Origin: Gemmatimonadales bacterium UBA6960
GTDB taxonomy: Bacteria > Gemmatimonadota > Gemmatimonadetes > Longimicrobiales > Gaopeijiaceae
Assembly (NCBI GenBank): GCA_963580305.1
Contig: CAUZJY010000001.1
Coordinates: 1-45,884 of the forward strand
Reading direction: 5' to 3'
DNA length: 45,884 nucleotides
A program made the position numbers and the translations under genes. Under the pieces are notes generated by a model. That model was given only the letters and a program-made list of their open reading frames with translations. It was not told the origin of the DNA and searched no databases. Shown in pieces: positions 1 to 10,013 of the stretch (positions are counted from its first letter, which is position 1; each line of letters starts with the position of its first letter).

Positions 1-1
1 G

Positions 2-910
2 CGCGTGTGGATCGGCGGGAAGGACGTCACCGCCCTGCCGCCGCAGCGGCGCAACGTGGCGATGGTGTTTCAGAGCTACGCGCTCTACCCGCACAAGTCC
101 GTGCGCGAGAACCTCGCGTTCGGGCTACGCGCGCGCGGCACGCCGGGCGCGGAAATCGCGGCGCGCGTGGCCGACGTCGCGGAGGCGCTCGGGATCGGTC
201 CCCTCCTCGACCGCCGCCCCGCGCAGCTCTCGGGTGGGCAGCGCCAGCGCGTCGCGCTCGGCCGCGCCATCGTGCGCGAGCCACACGCCTTCCTGCTCGA
301 CGAGCCGCTCTCGAACCTGGATCCCGCCCTGCGGATCGAGACCCGGGCCGAGCTGGCCCGCCTCCAGAGGCGGATCGAGGCGACGATGCTCTACGTCACC
401 CACGACCAGGAGGAGGCGATGACGCTGGGTCATCGGGTCGCGGTCGTGAACGACGGGCGCATCCTGCAGATCGCCCCGCCGATGACGCTCTATCGGGAGC
501 CTGCGAACCTCTTTGTGGCGGGCTTCCTTGGCTCGCCCCCGATGAATCTGATCCGCGGTGCCGCACGCGAGGACGGAGGATTCGAGGCGGCCGGGGTCGA
601 GCTCGCGCGAGTGCGTCCGCCCGGGCGCGCGGGCGAGCCGCTCGTGCTCGGCGTCCGCCCGCACGAGGTACGCTGTGCGAGCGGCGGGGAAGGCGACGGC
701 CCGGAGGCGCTGGTGGAGCTGGTGGAGCCGCTCGGGAGCCAGACTATCCTGCACCTCGCGCTCGTCGGCGGCGACGCGGCCGGCCCCCTCACCGCGGTGG
801 TCACACCGGAGGGGGCCCCGGCGCACGGCGAGCGCGTGAGGATCCACCTGCCGGAAGAGCGGCTGCACTGGTTCGACGGCCGGGGGGAGCGGATCCGCGC
901 ACCAGTTTGA
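2..910 (+). CDS. ABC transporter ATP-binding subunit, sugar-import MalK/UgpC type (5' end outside window)
   Basis: ORF open to the window edge. Q-loop VFQSYALYPH, signature LSGGQRQRVALGRA, Walker B FLLDEPLSNLD, H-loop YVTHDQ, C-terminal MalK-like regulatory domain. Walker A lies upstream of the window. Confidence 0.9.
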   Translation, partial: RVWIGGKDVTALPPQRRNVAMVFQSYALYPHKSVRENLAFGLRARGTPGAEIAARVADVAEALGIGPLLDRRPAQLSGGQRQRVALGRAIVREPHAFLLDEPLSNLDPALRIETRAELARLQRRIEATMLYVTHDQEEAMTLGHRVAVVNDGRILQIAPPMTLYREPANLFVAGFLGSPPMNLIRGAAREDGGFEAAGVELARVRPPGRAGEPLVLGVRPHEVRCASGGEGDGPEALVELVEPLGSQTILHLALVGGDAAGPLTAVVTPEGAPAHGERVRIHLPEERLHWFDGRGERIRAPV

Positions 911-911
911 T

Positions 912-1307
912 CTACGAGGGGATCCGGAACGCCCCGAGGATTCTCTCGTCCAGAGTCGCCAGTCGAGAGGCCCGCTCTCCTGCCAGAGTGGAAACGTGTC
1001 CGTCGGTCGTCGCCGCCGGCGTGTCGGCCCAGTACCGGGAGCGAATCGGCCCCCAGGTGGTCGGTCAGGCGGACGCACGGCGGCCGGGTGCTGCCACGGA
1101 GCTGGGCCAAGAGCGCGCGCGCGGAGCCCACGTCTGGCGAGAGGTGCGCTTGGGGCGCGATCCGCACGAAGCGAGCTCCGTGATCGAGCACGTCGCCAGG
1201 ACATCCTCCCGCCCCAGGGTCGCCACCCACGCAGCAACGCTTTCGTGGTGCACGTGGGCGGTGTGCCCCAACGCCAGAAGGGCATTCACGTCGAGCAGAT
1301 ACGTCAC
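912..1307 (-). pseudogene. VapC-like PIN-domain toxin, disrupted by two frame changes
   Basis: GTG at 1307. N-terminus VTYLLDVNALLALGHTAHVHHESVAAWV..LATCSITEL in one frame. Middle GFVRIAPQAHLSPDVGSARALLAQL only in a second frame. C-terminus TTDGHVSTLAGERASRLATLDERI-stop (912-914) back in the first frame, which itself has a stop near 1062-1064. Confidence 0.6.
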
Positions 1308-1440
1308 GGAAAATCCGCCAGGAGCGCCCGGATCTGCGCGGAGGTGACGGCGGGGGTCCCCGGCGGGGCCTCCATGACCGGACGCCCGGTGACGGGATCC
1401 GTGGTGATCCGATGGTCGCCCGTGCCCCCGTGCGGCAGTG
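1304..1440 (-). pseudogene. Possible antitoxin remnant upstream of the VapC-like gene
   Basis: Reading frame ..ITTDPVTGRPVMEAPPGTPAVTSAQIRALLADFP-stop. Its TGA overlaps the VapC GTG (GTGA). The only ATG (1375) gives 23 aa and no start covers the full open stretch. Resemblance to antitoxin C-termini is from memory only. Confidence 0.3.
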
Positions 1441-1499
1441 ACGCAAATGGCGCGGCGCCGCAGGAACTTAGGCCTCTTTCGTTCGGGCCGAAGCCACCC

Positions 1500-1505
1500 T
1501 ATAAT
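1500..1505 (+). promoter_or_regulatory. Perfect TATAAT hexamer, candidate -10 for the malate synthase/isocitrate lyase pair
   Basis: TATAAT at 1500-1505, about 150 nt upstream of the malate synthase ATG. A consensus -10 is conspicuous in this GC-rich context. No good -35 was seen. Confidence 0.3.
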
Positions 1506-1658
1506 GCCCTTCCCCAATGCGCGTCCCCGCTTGCGATGACCGCGTATTCGCGGCCAGCGAAAAGAGGCCGGTTTTCGAGCGCCCGGGTCGGTGTGCCTGG
1601 GAAGTCCCCAAGGAACAGCGCCAGAGACAACGCCAGGGACAGGGAAGGCTCGGTAGGG

Positions 1659-3566
1659 ATGGCCAAGATTTTGACGACGAACGTAGAATACAGACCCGGG
1701 ATCCGGGAGCGCTATCCGGACGTCTACACGCCGCAGGCGCTCGCCGCCATCAAGGCGCTCGCCCCCTTCAACCGCGACCGGCTGGCCGTGATGGACGCGC
1801 GCATCGAGCGCCGCACAGCGCGCGCTCGTGCGCGCGAGCGCATCGAGTTCCTCGATCCGGACGCGCTCATCCCACGCACTCAGATCCGCGTGGGGGACGC
1901 GCGCCAAGGCAACTTTGCGGGCGGCGAGATCCCTGAGGATCTTGAGCGCCAGTGGATCCAGGGCACGGGGCCCGGCACGCGCCCCCGTGCCGCGACCGCC
2001 GAGGGGCTGCGCAACGTCGCGTACGCGCTGCTCTCGGGTGCGGACGGCTGGATGTTCGACGGCGAGGACGCGCTCGGCCAGGTCGAGACGATGTCGCTCG
2101 ACAACCAGCGCAATCTGAAGCTCGCGATCGCTTCCGACCCGCAGTTCCTCCAGGTGGCCGAGAAGGTCGCGGGCGAGATGAACGCCTGGGCCAGGGGGTT
2201 CTTCGGCCGCGAGATCATCGGGGACTTCGAGCAGCAGTCCGCTTTCACCACACGCATCTTCCGCCCGCGCGGGATGCACCTGGACGACCGGCACGTGCTA
2301 GAGGCTGACGGCACCGGACTGGGCGCCTCGATCGTCGATCTCGCGCTCTACGTGGCGAACAACCACGAGCGCCTCCGGAGCGAGGGGCGCTCGATCGTCC
2401 TGTACCTCCCCAAGTTCCAGACCGCCGAGGAAGCGGCGCTCTGGAACGACATGCTCTTCGCGCTCGAGGAGCAGCTCGATCTGCCAGAAGGCGCGCTGCG
2501 CTGCTACGTGCTGGTCGAGCAGCTTGAGGCCTCCTTCCAGCTGATGGAGATCCGCGCCGCTCTCGCGCCCCACTTCGTCGGCTTCAACACGGGACGCTGG
2601 GACTACATCAACAGCGTCTCCGACGCGATGGCGTGGGACCCGGAGTTCACCAACCCGAACATCGACGCGATCCCCATGACCTACGGGTACATGCGCGCCT
2701 ACGAGGACCGGGTCCGCCGCGCCGTGAACACCCCGGACAAGAACGGCCGCTACGCGCTCTGCCAGGGCGGGATCGATCCGACCATTCCGGTGGGCTCGGC
2801 GGCGGGGGTCGAGGCGGGAATGAAGAAGGCCGTAGCGGGTGCCGAGCGCGAGCAGCGCGAGGGGTCGAGCGGCAAGTGGGTCGCGCACTGGAAGATGGTG
2901 CACATCGTCCGGCCGGTGTGGGAGCGGGTGGGCGAGGCGAACCAGATGGGTCGCGAGTTCCCGCGCCTCACGTACACGCCCGCGGATGCGCTCGATCTCA
3001 CCCTGCTCGAGCCGGCGCCGCTGACCGTTGCAGGCGCCCGCGACCTGCTCTCGGTCGCGCTCCAGTACGGCAACGCCTTCGGCCGCGGCTACCAGGCGGC
3101 GGCGCTCAAGCCCGCCGACTCCTTCGGCAACGACGACGTGCTCTACCTGATGGAGGAGATGGCGGGCGGCGAGATCCGCCTGTCGATCCTCTGGGAATGG
3201 CTGCACAAGGGCGCGAAGCTCACTGCCGACGATCCCGCGGTCGGGGTCCGCGGGGGCGACCGCTTCACGCGAGAGCTCCTCGACCGTCTCATCAAGGAGG
3301 AGTACGACAAGCTGGTCGCGGCGAGCAACCGCGACGTCCACGACGACTCGAAGACGACTACACTGCCGATCACGCGGGCGATCGTTGAGGCCTATCTGGC
3401 CAGCGAGGTGAAGCCGCCGTGGTACCTCGACCTTCTGAACCTGAATCTGGACAATCACGACCTGGCCGTCGGCAAGGACCGCATCGGTCGTTTCCTCACT
3501 GCGTTCGACCGCGACGGCACCCGGATCACCGCCAACCTTGACTTCGGCGCCCTGACGCAAACTTAG
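1659..3566 (+). CDS. Malate synthase (about 635 aa, length between classical A and G forms)
   Basis: Start MAKILTT after a GGGAAGG/GGTAGGG SD-like stretch. Family blocks [69 protein letters not shown]. Sits directly upstream of isocitrate lyase. Confidence 0.85.
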   Translation: MAKILTTNVEYRPGIRERYPDVYTPQALAAIKALAPFNRDRLAVMDARIERRTARARARERIEFLDPDALIPRTQIRVGDARQGNFAGGEIPEDLERQWIQGTGPGTRPRAATAEGLRNVAYALLSGADGWMFDGEDALGQVETMSLDNQRNLKLAIASDPQFLQVAEKVAGEMNAWARGFFGREIIGDFEQQSAFTTRIFRPRGMHLDDRHVLEADGTGLGASIVDLALYVANNHERLRSEGRSIVLYLPKFQTAEEAALWNDMLFALEEQLDLPEGALRCYVLVEQLEASFQLMEIRAALAPHFVGFNTGRWDYINSVSDAMAWDPEFTNPNIDAIPMTYGYMRAYEDRVRRAVNTPDKNGRYALCQGGIDPTIPVGSAAGVEAGMKKAVAGAEREQREGSSGKWVAHWKMVHIVRPVWERVGEANQMGREFPRLTYTPADALDLTLLEPAPLTVAGARDLLSVALQYGNAFGRGYQAAALKPADSFGNDDVLYLMEEMAGGEIRLSILWEWLHKGAKLTADDPAVGVRGGDRFTRELLDRLIKEEYDKLVAASNRDVHDDSKTTTLPITRAIVEAYLASEVKPPWYLDLLNLNLDNHDLAVGKDRIGRFLTAFDRDGTRITANLDFGALTQT

Positions 3567-3576
3567 GAGGACAGCA

Positions 3577-5844
3577 ATGAGTACTCTGGTAGAGCAGAAG
3601 ACCAAGGCCACCCGCGAGTGGATGGAGCAACCCCGCTTCAAGTACATCACGCGGCTGCACAGCGCGCGGCAGGTGGTGGCGCAGCGGGGCACGATTCCGA
3701 TCGACTACCCGGTCGCGCGCGAGGCCGCGACCGGATTCTACGCGCGGCTCCGCGAGCTGTTCGGGCAGAAGAAGTCGATCACGACCTTCGGTCCGTACTC
3801 GCCGGGACAGGCGTGCATGATGAAGCGAGTCGGGATCGAGGGAATCTACCTGGGCGGCTGGGCGACCTCGGCCAAGGGTTCGATCAGCGAGGACCCGGGA
3901 CCTGATCTGGCGAGCTATCCGCTCTCGGCGGTGCCGGATGAGGCGGCGGTGATCGTGCGCGCGCTGCTCGCGGCCGATCGCAATCAGGCGTTGCAGCGCT
4001 CGGGCATGAGCGAGGCGAAGCGGAACTCGACCGAGCCCTTCGACTTTCGCCCGTGGATCATCGCCGACGCGGATACCGGGCACGGCGGCGACGCGCACGT
4101 CCGCAACCTGATCCGGCGCTTCGTCGAGGTTGGCGTGCCGGGCTACCACATCGAGGACCAGCGTCCCGGCACGAAAAAGTGCGGCCATCAGGGCGGCAAG
4201 GTGCTGGTCGCCTCCGACGAGCAGATCAAGCGCCTCAACGGGGCGCGCCTCCAGCTCGACGTGATGGGCGTGCCGGGGATCATCGTGGCGCGCACCGACG
4301 CCGAGGCGGCGAACCTGCTGGACGGCTGCGGCGACGAGCGCGACCAGCCCTTCATCCTGGGCGCCACCAACCTAAAGGTGCCGCCCTACAAGAACTGCCT
4401 CCTCGCCATGATCCGCCGCTTCCACGCGGAGGGGATCGACGAGCTGCACGGGCACCTGCTCTACAAGATCACGGACGCGGAATGGGCGGCAGCGGACGCC
4501 TGGCTAGAGCAGGCCGGCGTGGCTGGATTGATTAAGCAGGGCGCGGCCACGGTCAAGAAGGAAGGCGAGCACCGCATCGACGCCGTCTTCGACGTCGCGG
4601 AGTCGCACCTGGTGGAGCGCTGGGAGATCGAAGCGGGGATGAGCACGTACGAGGACGCGGTCGCGGCGGTACTGGAGAGGGGCGGCACGGACGGCAAGGG
4701 GAAGAAGATGTCCATCGAGGAGTGGCGACGGTTCGCGAGCGGCGCGTCGTTCTACGCCGCACGCGAGCAGGCGCGCGCGCTGGGCATCGAGATCGAGTGG
4801 GACTGCGAGCACGCTAAGACGCCCGAGGGCTACTACCAGGTGCGGGGCGGCGTTCCCTACGCGATCGCCAAGTCGCTGGCGGCCGCGCCCTTCGCGGACC
4901 TGCTGTGGATGGAGACCAAGACCGCGGACCTCAAGGAGGCGCGCGAGTTCGCGGATGCGATCCACGCCGAGTTCCCGGACAGTCTGCTGGCGTACAATCT
5001 GTCCCCGTCGTTCAGCTGGGATACCACGGGGATGAGCGAGGACGAGATGCGCGCCTTCCCGGAAGAGCTGGGGAAGATGGGCTTCGTCTTCAACTTCATC
5101 ACCTACGGCGGGCACCAGGCCGACGGGGTCGCCGCGGAGGAGCTCGCCACCTCCCTCCAGGAGGAGGGGATGCTCGCGCTGGCGCGGCTGCAGCGCCGCA
5201 TCCGCCTGTTTGACTCGCCCTACAAGACGCCGCAGACGCTGGTGGGCGGTCCGCGTGGGGACGCCGCGCTGACCGCGTCGTCCGGCCGCACCGCGTCGAC
5301 CAAGGCGATGGGGAAGGGTTCGACGCAGGTCCAGCACCTGGTCCAGACCGAGGTGCCGACCTCGCTGCTCGAGGAGTGGCTGGCGATCTGGTCCGCGCAC
5401 AACGAGCGGGGAGATGTGCTCCAGGTGCGGCTGCGCCCCCGCCGCGCAGGATCGGACGAGTTGAAGCTCACGATCCACGCGGGGGCGGACAGCGACGAGC
5501 TGATCGCGAACGTGGTGTTCAACCCGATGGAGGACCGTCAGGGGCAGTGCATCCTGCTGGTGAGCGACCAGAATACGTTCTCGGAGGCGTACCGCAGGAA
5601 GCGCCTCATGACTCTGATTCACCTGTGGATCGTCCACCGCTACAAGGCGAAGGCGGTGCACTACGTGACGCCCACCGTGGACAGCGAGCGCCTGGCGAAC
5701 TGGATGAAGGCGCACGGGATATACGCAAATGTCAGCGCGAATGGCGGGCACGTCATCGTCGCGAACGTGGCTGAGAAGGGTCTCAGCCAGCTGCTGGCCA
5801 CCGACCGGGCGGCATTGGGCAAGCTGATCCGCAAGGAGAGCTGA
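3577..5844 (+). CDS. aceA: Isocitrate lyase, long ICL2-type form (755 aa) with extra C-terminal domain
   Basis: ICL signature [30 protein letters not shown], plus about 150 extra C-terminal residues as in long mycobacterial-type ICL2. AGGAGG SD before the ATG. Confidence 0.92.
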   Translation: MSTLVEQKTKATREWMEQPRFKYITRLHSARQVVAQRGTIPIDYPVAREAATGFYARLRELFGQKKSITTFGPYSPGQACMMKRVGIEGIYLGGWATSAKGSISEDPGPDLASYPLSAVPDEAAVIVRALLAADRNQALQRSGMSEAKRNSTEPFDFRPWIIADADTGHGGDAHVRNLIRRFVEVGVPGYHIEDQRPGTKKCGHQGGKVLVASDEQIKRLNGARLQLDVMGVPGIIVARTDAEAANLLDGCGDERDQPFILGATNLKVPPYKNCLLAMIRRFHAEGIDELHGHLLYKITDAEWAAADAWLEQAGVAGLIKQGAATVKKEGEHRIDAVFDVAESHLVERWEIEAGMSTYEDAVAAVLERGGTDGKGKKMSIEEWRRFASGASFYAAREQARALGIEIEWDCEHAKTPEGYYQVRGGVPYAIAKSLAAAPFADLLWMETKTADLKEAREFADAIHAEFPDSLLAYNLSPSFSWDTTGMSEDEMRAFPEELGKMGFVFNFITYGGHQADGVAAEELATSLQEEGMLALARLQRRIRLFDSPYKTPQTLVGGPRGDAALTASSGRTASTKAMGKGSTQVQHLVQTEVPTSLLEEWLAIWSAHNERGDVLQVRLRPRRAGSDELKLTIHAGADSDELIANVVFNPMEDRQGQCILLVSDQNTFSEAYRRKRLMTLIHLWIVHRYKAKAVHYVTPTVDSERLANWMKAHGIYANVSANGGHVIVANVAEKGLSQLLATDRAALGKLIRKES

Positions 5845-5969
5845 GCCCGAGGTCGGCGGCTCAGGGGCCGGCGGGCGCCGATGTGCGCTCGCCGGCCCTC
5901 GTCGTTCCCAGCTCCCGCGCGAGCTCCACGAACGCGGCCAGGCTCTCCGGGTTGGCCATGGCTCCCCGC

Positions 5970-6082
5970 GACGTCGGCCCAGAACCCCTCGGGATCGCGC
6001 ACCGACCACGCCCACGCGTCCGGGTACCCGGGTAGCGCGAGGCCGGGCGCTGCCGCTCCGCCCAGTCGAGGAAGGCGCCCAT
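5970..6082 (-). pseudogene. Short relic resembling the N-terminus of acetoacetyl-CoA synthetase
   Basis: MGAFLDWAERQR in one frame continues as GLALPGYPDAWAWSVRDPEGFWADV in another. This fits the F.DW...Y....WSV...FW..V pattern of AacS N-termini. Nothing homologous follows. Confidence 0.3.
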
Positions 6083-6140
6083 CCGCGTCCCCGCTGGGGC
6101 GTCCGGAGGGGGCTGCTAGAGGAGCCGGCCCATGCGGACG

Positions 6141-7244
6141 TCAGGCACGCGTGGCGTCGCCGGCCTCCGGGAGCGGCACGACGGGGCTCGCACCGTCGCC
6201 ACGCACGTACAGCGTCTGGGTCGGGTAGGCGAACTCGATCCCATCCTCCTCGAAGGCGCGGAAGACCGCGAGGTTGATCGCCTGCTGCGTGTCCATGTAC
6301 AAGTTGTAGTCCGGCACGAGCATGTAGTAGACGGTCTCGAAGTCGAGCGAAAAGGCACCGTACGCTTTGAAATGCGAGCGGTCGAAGCGGGTGTTTCCAT
6401 GCGCCTCGACCGCCGCGCGGACGATCTGCGGGATCCGCCGCAGCTTCTCCTCCGGTGTGTCGTAGGTCACGCCAACCTGGAAGATGGCTCTGCGCTCGCT
6501 CATCCGCTTGTAGTTCCGGATCCGGCTCGAGAGTAGATCAGAGTTCGAGAAGACGATCTGCTCGCCGGAGAGCGAGCGGATGCGCGTGCTCTTGAGACCG
6601 ACGTACTCGACCGTCCCCAGGAACTCGTTCACGATGATGAAGTCGCCCACGACGAACGGCTTGTCCAGCACGATCGAGAGCGATGCGAACAGGTCAGACA
6701 GGACGTTCTGTAGGGCCAGGGCGACCGCGATCCCCCCAATCCCGAGCCCGGTGACGAGCGCCGCCACGTCGATGCCGAGGTTGTCCAGCACGAGCAACAC
6801 GAGGAGCCCCCACACGGCGGTGCGCGCGCCGAAGGACATCGCGCCGATCGCGGTGGCCACGCCGGGGTCGACCTCGAGCTGCCGGGTGCGGTAGCGGTCG
6901 ATCAGATGCGCGAGCGCTGCGTTGGTCCAGAACGCGCCCTGGACGAGCAGGCCGATGACCAGCATGGCCTCGATCCCCTGCTCCGTTCCTGGAGAGACCG
7001 TGACGGTCTCTGACGCGAGCCAGAAGCCGACGAGGAGCAGGAAGAGCGTCTTCGTGCTCCGGAGGGTGCGGACCACAAGGTCATCGAAATCCGTGTGCGT
7101 GCGGTCGGCGATTGCCTCCGCCCGCGCGATCACGACGGCGACGGCGAGCCGCGCCGCACCGGCCGCTCCCAGGAACACGGCCAGGGCGATCACCCACTCC
7201 ACAGCGCCGATCCCCCAGAAGGTCCAATCGATCTCGTACGGCAT
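6141..7244 (-). CDS. Small-conductance mechanosensitive channel (MscS family)
   Basis: N-terminal TM helices, then the MscS core GIGGIAVALALQNVLSDLFASLSIVLDKPFVVGDFI..GTVEYVGLKSTRIRSLSGEQIVFSNS and a C-terminal alpha/beta domain. Strong SD GAGAGGAGG upstream. Confidence 0.9.
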   Translation of the reverse strand: MPYEIDWTFWGIGAVEWVIALAVFLGAAGAARLAVAVVIARAEAIADRTHTDFDDLVVRTLRSTKTLFLLLVGFWLASETVTVSPGTEQGIEAMLVIGLLVQGAFWTNAALAHLIDRYRTRQLEVDPGVATAIGAMSFGARTAVWGLLVLLVLDNLGIDVAALVTGLGIGGIAVALALQNVLSDLFASLSIVLDKPFVVGDFIIVNEFLGTVEYVGLKSTRIRSLSGEQIVFSNSDLLSSRIRNYKRMSERRAIFQVGVTYDTPEEKLRRIPQIVRAAVEAHGNTRFDRSHFKAYGAFSLDFETVYYMLVPDYNLYMDTQQAINLAVFRAFEEDGIEFAYPTQTLYVRGDGASPVVPLPEAGDATRA

Positions 7245-7351
7245 CGCTACCTCCTCTCGTCGAGCCTCGTTGGTCCATCCGTCTCACCCCGAGTGTCGAG
7301 GTGAGTGCCTGCGCCCCTTCACGTGCGGCGGTCCGTGTGCTATCGGTAGGT

Positions 7352-8746
7352 ATGGAGTCGCGTCTGCTGATCGTGTCCAACCGGCTACCGGTGACCGTCC
7401 GTGTCCAGGGGGGGCGCCCCGCGGTGCGCAAGAGCGTCGGTGGGCTCGCGACGGCGCTTCGACCGTGGCACGAGAGGTCGGGCGGACTCTGGATCGGCTG
7501 GCCAGGAGAAACTACGGGGCTCGACCGCTCCGGCGGGAGCGAGGTCCGTCGGCAGCTCGAGCAAGCGAGGCTCGTACCGCTCGAGCTGGACAAGGAGGAG
7601 GTCGAGGTTTTCTACGAGCACGTCTCGAACGCCGTGCTCTGGCCGATCTGCCACGACCGGATCGATCGCTTACCCCTCCGGATGGACGGCTGGGACGTCT
7701 ACGAGTCGGTCAACGCGCGCTTCGCGGATGCCGTCGCAGAGCACTGGCGCCGCGGCGACCTGATCTGGATTCACGACTATCACTTGTTGCGCGTCGCCGT
7801 GCTGCTGCGCGAGCGCCTCCCCAACGCACGCATCGGTTTCTTCCTGCACGTGCCCTTCCCGAATCCCGAGATCTTCTTCGCGCTCCCCACTCGCGCCACC
7901 CTGGTGGAGGGGATGATGGGGGCGGACCTGATCGGATTCCACACACAGCGCCACCATGGTCACTTCCGTGCCGCGCTCCGGCGCCTGTTCGGCGTGGTGA
8001 CGGACCGGAGGGGTGTGGTGGCTTGGAGGGGGCGACGGGTGCGGCTCGGGGTCTTCCCGATCGGGATCGACGCTGCCGATTTCGCGCGCCGCTCGGACTC
8101 TGCGCCGGTGCGAGCCAAGATGGCGGAGTACCGGGCGGTGGAGCAGCGACTCCTGGTCGGGGTGGACCGGCTGGATTACACGAAGGGGATCCCGCGCCGG
8201 TTGCTCGCGGTCGAGCGGCTGTTCGAGGCGCACCCGGAATGGCGCGAGCGCGTGCGCCTGATCCAGGTCGCCGTGCCGTCGCGCGACCAGGTGGGCGCGT
8301 ATCGCGAGATCCGGCGCGAGGTGGACAGGCTCGTGGGTCGCATCAACGGCCGGTTCGCGACGCCCAATTGGTCGCCCATCCACTACTTATACCGAAGCGT
8401 GGGAGCGGAGACGCTGCTCGGGCTCTACCGCACGGCCGACGTCATGCTCGTCACTCCTCTGCGCGACGGGATGAACCTGGTCGCCAAGGAGTTCCTGGCC
8501 GCGCGCACCGATACGGATGGCGTGCTGGTGCTGAGCGAGTTCGCCGGGGCCGCCGAGACGCTGACTGATGCGCTGATCGTCAACCCGTACGATATTGAGG
8601 GGACTGCGCAAGCGATCCACCACGCGCTCACGATGGAGCCGGCGGAGCGCAAGCGGAGGATGCGCGCGCTCCGCGCCAACGTACTGGAGCACGACGTCCA
8701 CCAGTGGGCCGCGCAGTTCCTGGACGGGCTGGCGGCCAACCGCTGA
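7352..8746 (+). CDS. otsA: Trehalose-6-phosphate synthase
   Basis: MESRLLIVSNRLPV.., GGLATAL, LWIGWPG, LWPICHD, IWIHDYHLL, FFLHVPFP, DLIGFHT, VDRLDYTKGI, TPLRDGMNLVAKEF, LSEFAGAA. The ORF-track ORF starts earlier at 7112, but homology begins at ATG 7352. Confidence 0.93.
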   Translation: MESRLLIVSNRLPVTVRVQGGRPAVRKSVGGLATALRPWHERSGGLWIGWPGETTGLDRSGGSEVRRQLEQARLVPLELDKEEVEVFYEHVSNAVLWPICHDRIDRLPLRMDGWDVYESVNARFADAVAEHWRRGDLIWIHDYHLLRVAVLLRERLPNARIGFFLHVPFPNPEIFFALPTRATLVEGMMGADLIGFHTQRHHGHFRAALRRLFGVVTDRRGVVAWRGRRVRLGVFPIGIDAADFARRSDSAPVRAKMAEYRAVEQRLLVGVDRLDYTKGIPRRLLAVERLFEAHPEWRERVRLIQVAVPSRDQVGAYREIRREVDRLVGRINGRFATPNWSPIHYLYRSVGAETLLGLYRTADVMLVTPLRDGMNLVAKEFLAARTDTDGVLVLSEFAGAAETLTDALIVNPYDIEGTAQAIHHALTMEPAERKRRMRALRANVLEHDVHQWAAQFLDGLAANR

Positions 8747-8756
8747 ACGACCGCCG

Positions 8757-9214
8757 GTACGGGAATCGCTGGTCGAGTCGGTGCGGCCGTTGATCGAGCC
8801 GCTCGCTGTTGTCAAGCATGTCGCCCTCGACTGGCAGCATTCGGATCTCGACATTGTGGCGGCGGGTGACACCCTCAAGGTGGAACAGATCCTCGTGAAC
8901 CTGCTCACGAACGCGGTCAAGTACACCAGCCCAGCGGCCGGATCGAGGTAGGATGCGGGCGGAGCGACGAGGGGGTGAAGCTGACCGTCCGCGATACGGG
9001 AATCGGGATCCCGCCGGAGCGGCTTGCCGACATCTTCGAGCCCTTCGTCCAGGTCGGCTGCTCGCTGACCGCGGGCCAGGAAGGCACGGGGCTCGGCCTC
9101 GCGATCAGCCGCGACCTGGCCCGGGCGATGGTAGGGGATCTGACGGTGACGAGCGACGTGGGGGTCGGCTCGGAGTTCACCCTGCTCCTGCCCGCCCACG
9201 AGGCGCGGAGCTGA
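8757..9214 (+). pseudogene. Histidine-kinase remnant: HATPase_c domain only, frameshifted, no H-box or sensor
   Basis: N-box EQILVNLLTNAVKYT ends in a stop at 8949-8951. A shifted frame continues GRIEVGCGRSDEGVKLTVRDTGIGIPPERLADIFEPF..GTGLGLAISR. The frameshift lies near 8930-8940. Homology starts right after the otsA stop, so DHp and sensor parts are absent. Confidence 0.7.
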
Positions 9215-10013
9215 CCAGCCAGCCGACGTCCACCGCGAACGACCAGACCAGTAGGGCGAGCGCCAGCGCGGCCGCGCGCACGGCGACCTCAGCTGGGACG
9301 GTCGGGCCCAGCGCGACGAGCAGCGCGACCCCCTGGACCACGCACACTGCCTTCCGCCGCCCGCTCCGTGGGAGCTGCCCGCCCACCACGGGCCAGACCG
9401 AGGCCGCCAGGACGAAGGCGTACCGGATCCCGCCGATCGCGAGCACCCAGGGGCCGACCCTCCCGCTCTGCCATACGAGGACCGAGAGCGACAGCAGCAG
9501 GGCCGCGTCCAGCTCCATGTCGAAGCGCGTCCCGAAGGCGGACGCGCTGCCCGTGCGGCGCGCTACCCGGCCGTCTACCCCGTCCAGCAGCAGCGCCGCG
9601 GCCGAGAGCGTGATGATCCACCACGCAGCGCGCTCATCCAGCACATCGGGGTGGAGCACGAGCGCGGCCACCGGCACCACCAGCGTCGCCCGCAGCAGGG
9701 TGACCCGGTTCGCGGGGCCGATCCCCGGACCGCGCGAGAGCCCGGGGAAGTTGAGAAGGACGAGCCCGGCGAACAGCGCGTAGAGGACCACGGAGTCGAG
9801 CAGGTGGCTGGTCGGGAGCCCCAGAACCCAGCAGGTTGCAGTGGAGACGGCCGCCAGCGGCGCCACCCCGAGCGCGAGATCGCGCCCGGGGCGGGCCGCG
9901 GGCTTGGGTCTGACCGGTTGGCGCGGGGGAACGCGCACCGAGGTGGCGGTCGTTATGGGGCCTTCCGACTCCAGCTCAGGACATTCGTGTCGAGCACCGG
10001 CACCACCCGACAA
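9177..10013 (-). CDS. CDP-alcohol phosphatidyltransferase family protein
   Basis: Complete motif DGRVARRTGSASAFGTRFDMELD (DGxxARx8Gx3Dx3D) in a multi-TM protein. The TTG start at 10013 is uncertain and would overlap the divergent dehydrogenase gene by 27 nt. Confidence 0.8.
   Translation of the reverse strand: MSGGAGARHECPELESEGPITTATSVRVPPRQPVRPKPAARPGRDLALGVAPLAAVSTATCWVLGLPTSHLLDSVVLYALFAGLVLLNFPGLSRGPGIGPANRVTLLRATLVVPVAALVLHPDVLDERAAWWIITLSAAALLLDGVDGRVARRTGSASAFGTRFDMELDAALLLSLSVLVWQSGRVGPWVLAIGGIRYAFVLAASVWPVVGGQLPRSGRRKAVCVVQGVALLVALGPTVPAEVAVRAAALALALLVWSFAVDVGWLVSSAPRGRAGAG

Noticed and set aside
996-1658. The 220 codons upstream of MAKIL in the 856-aa ORF containing malate synthase
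   Set aside because: There is no homology, the composition is Arg/Gly-rich, and the stretch overlaps the VapBC-like remnant on the other strand. Malate synthase homology and an SD begin at 1659.
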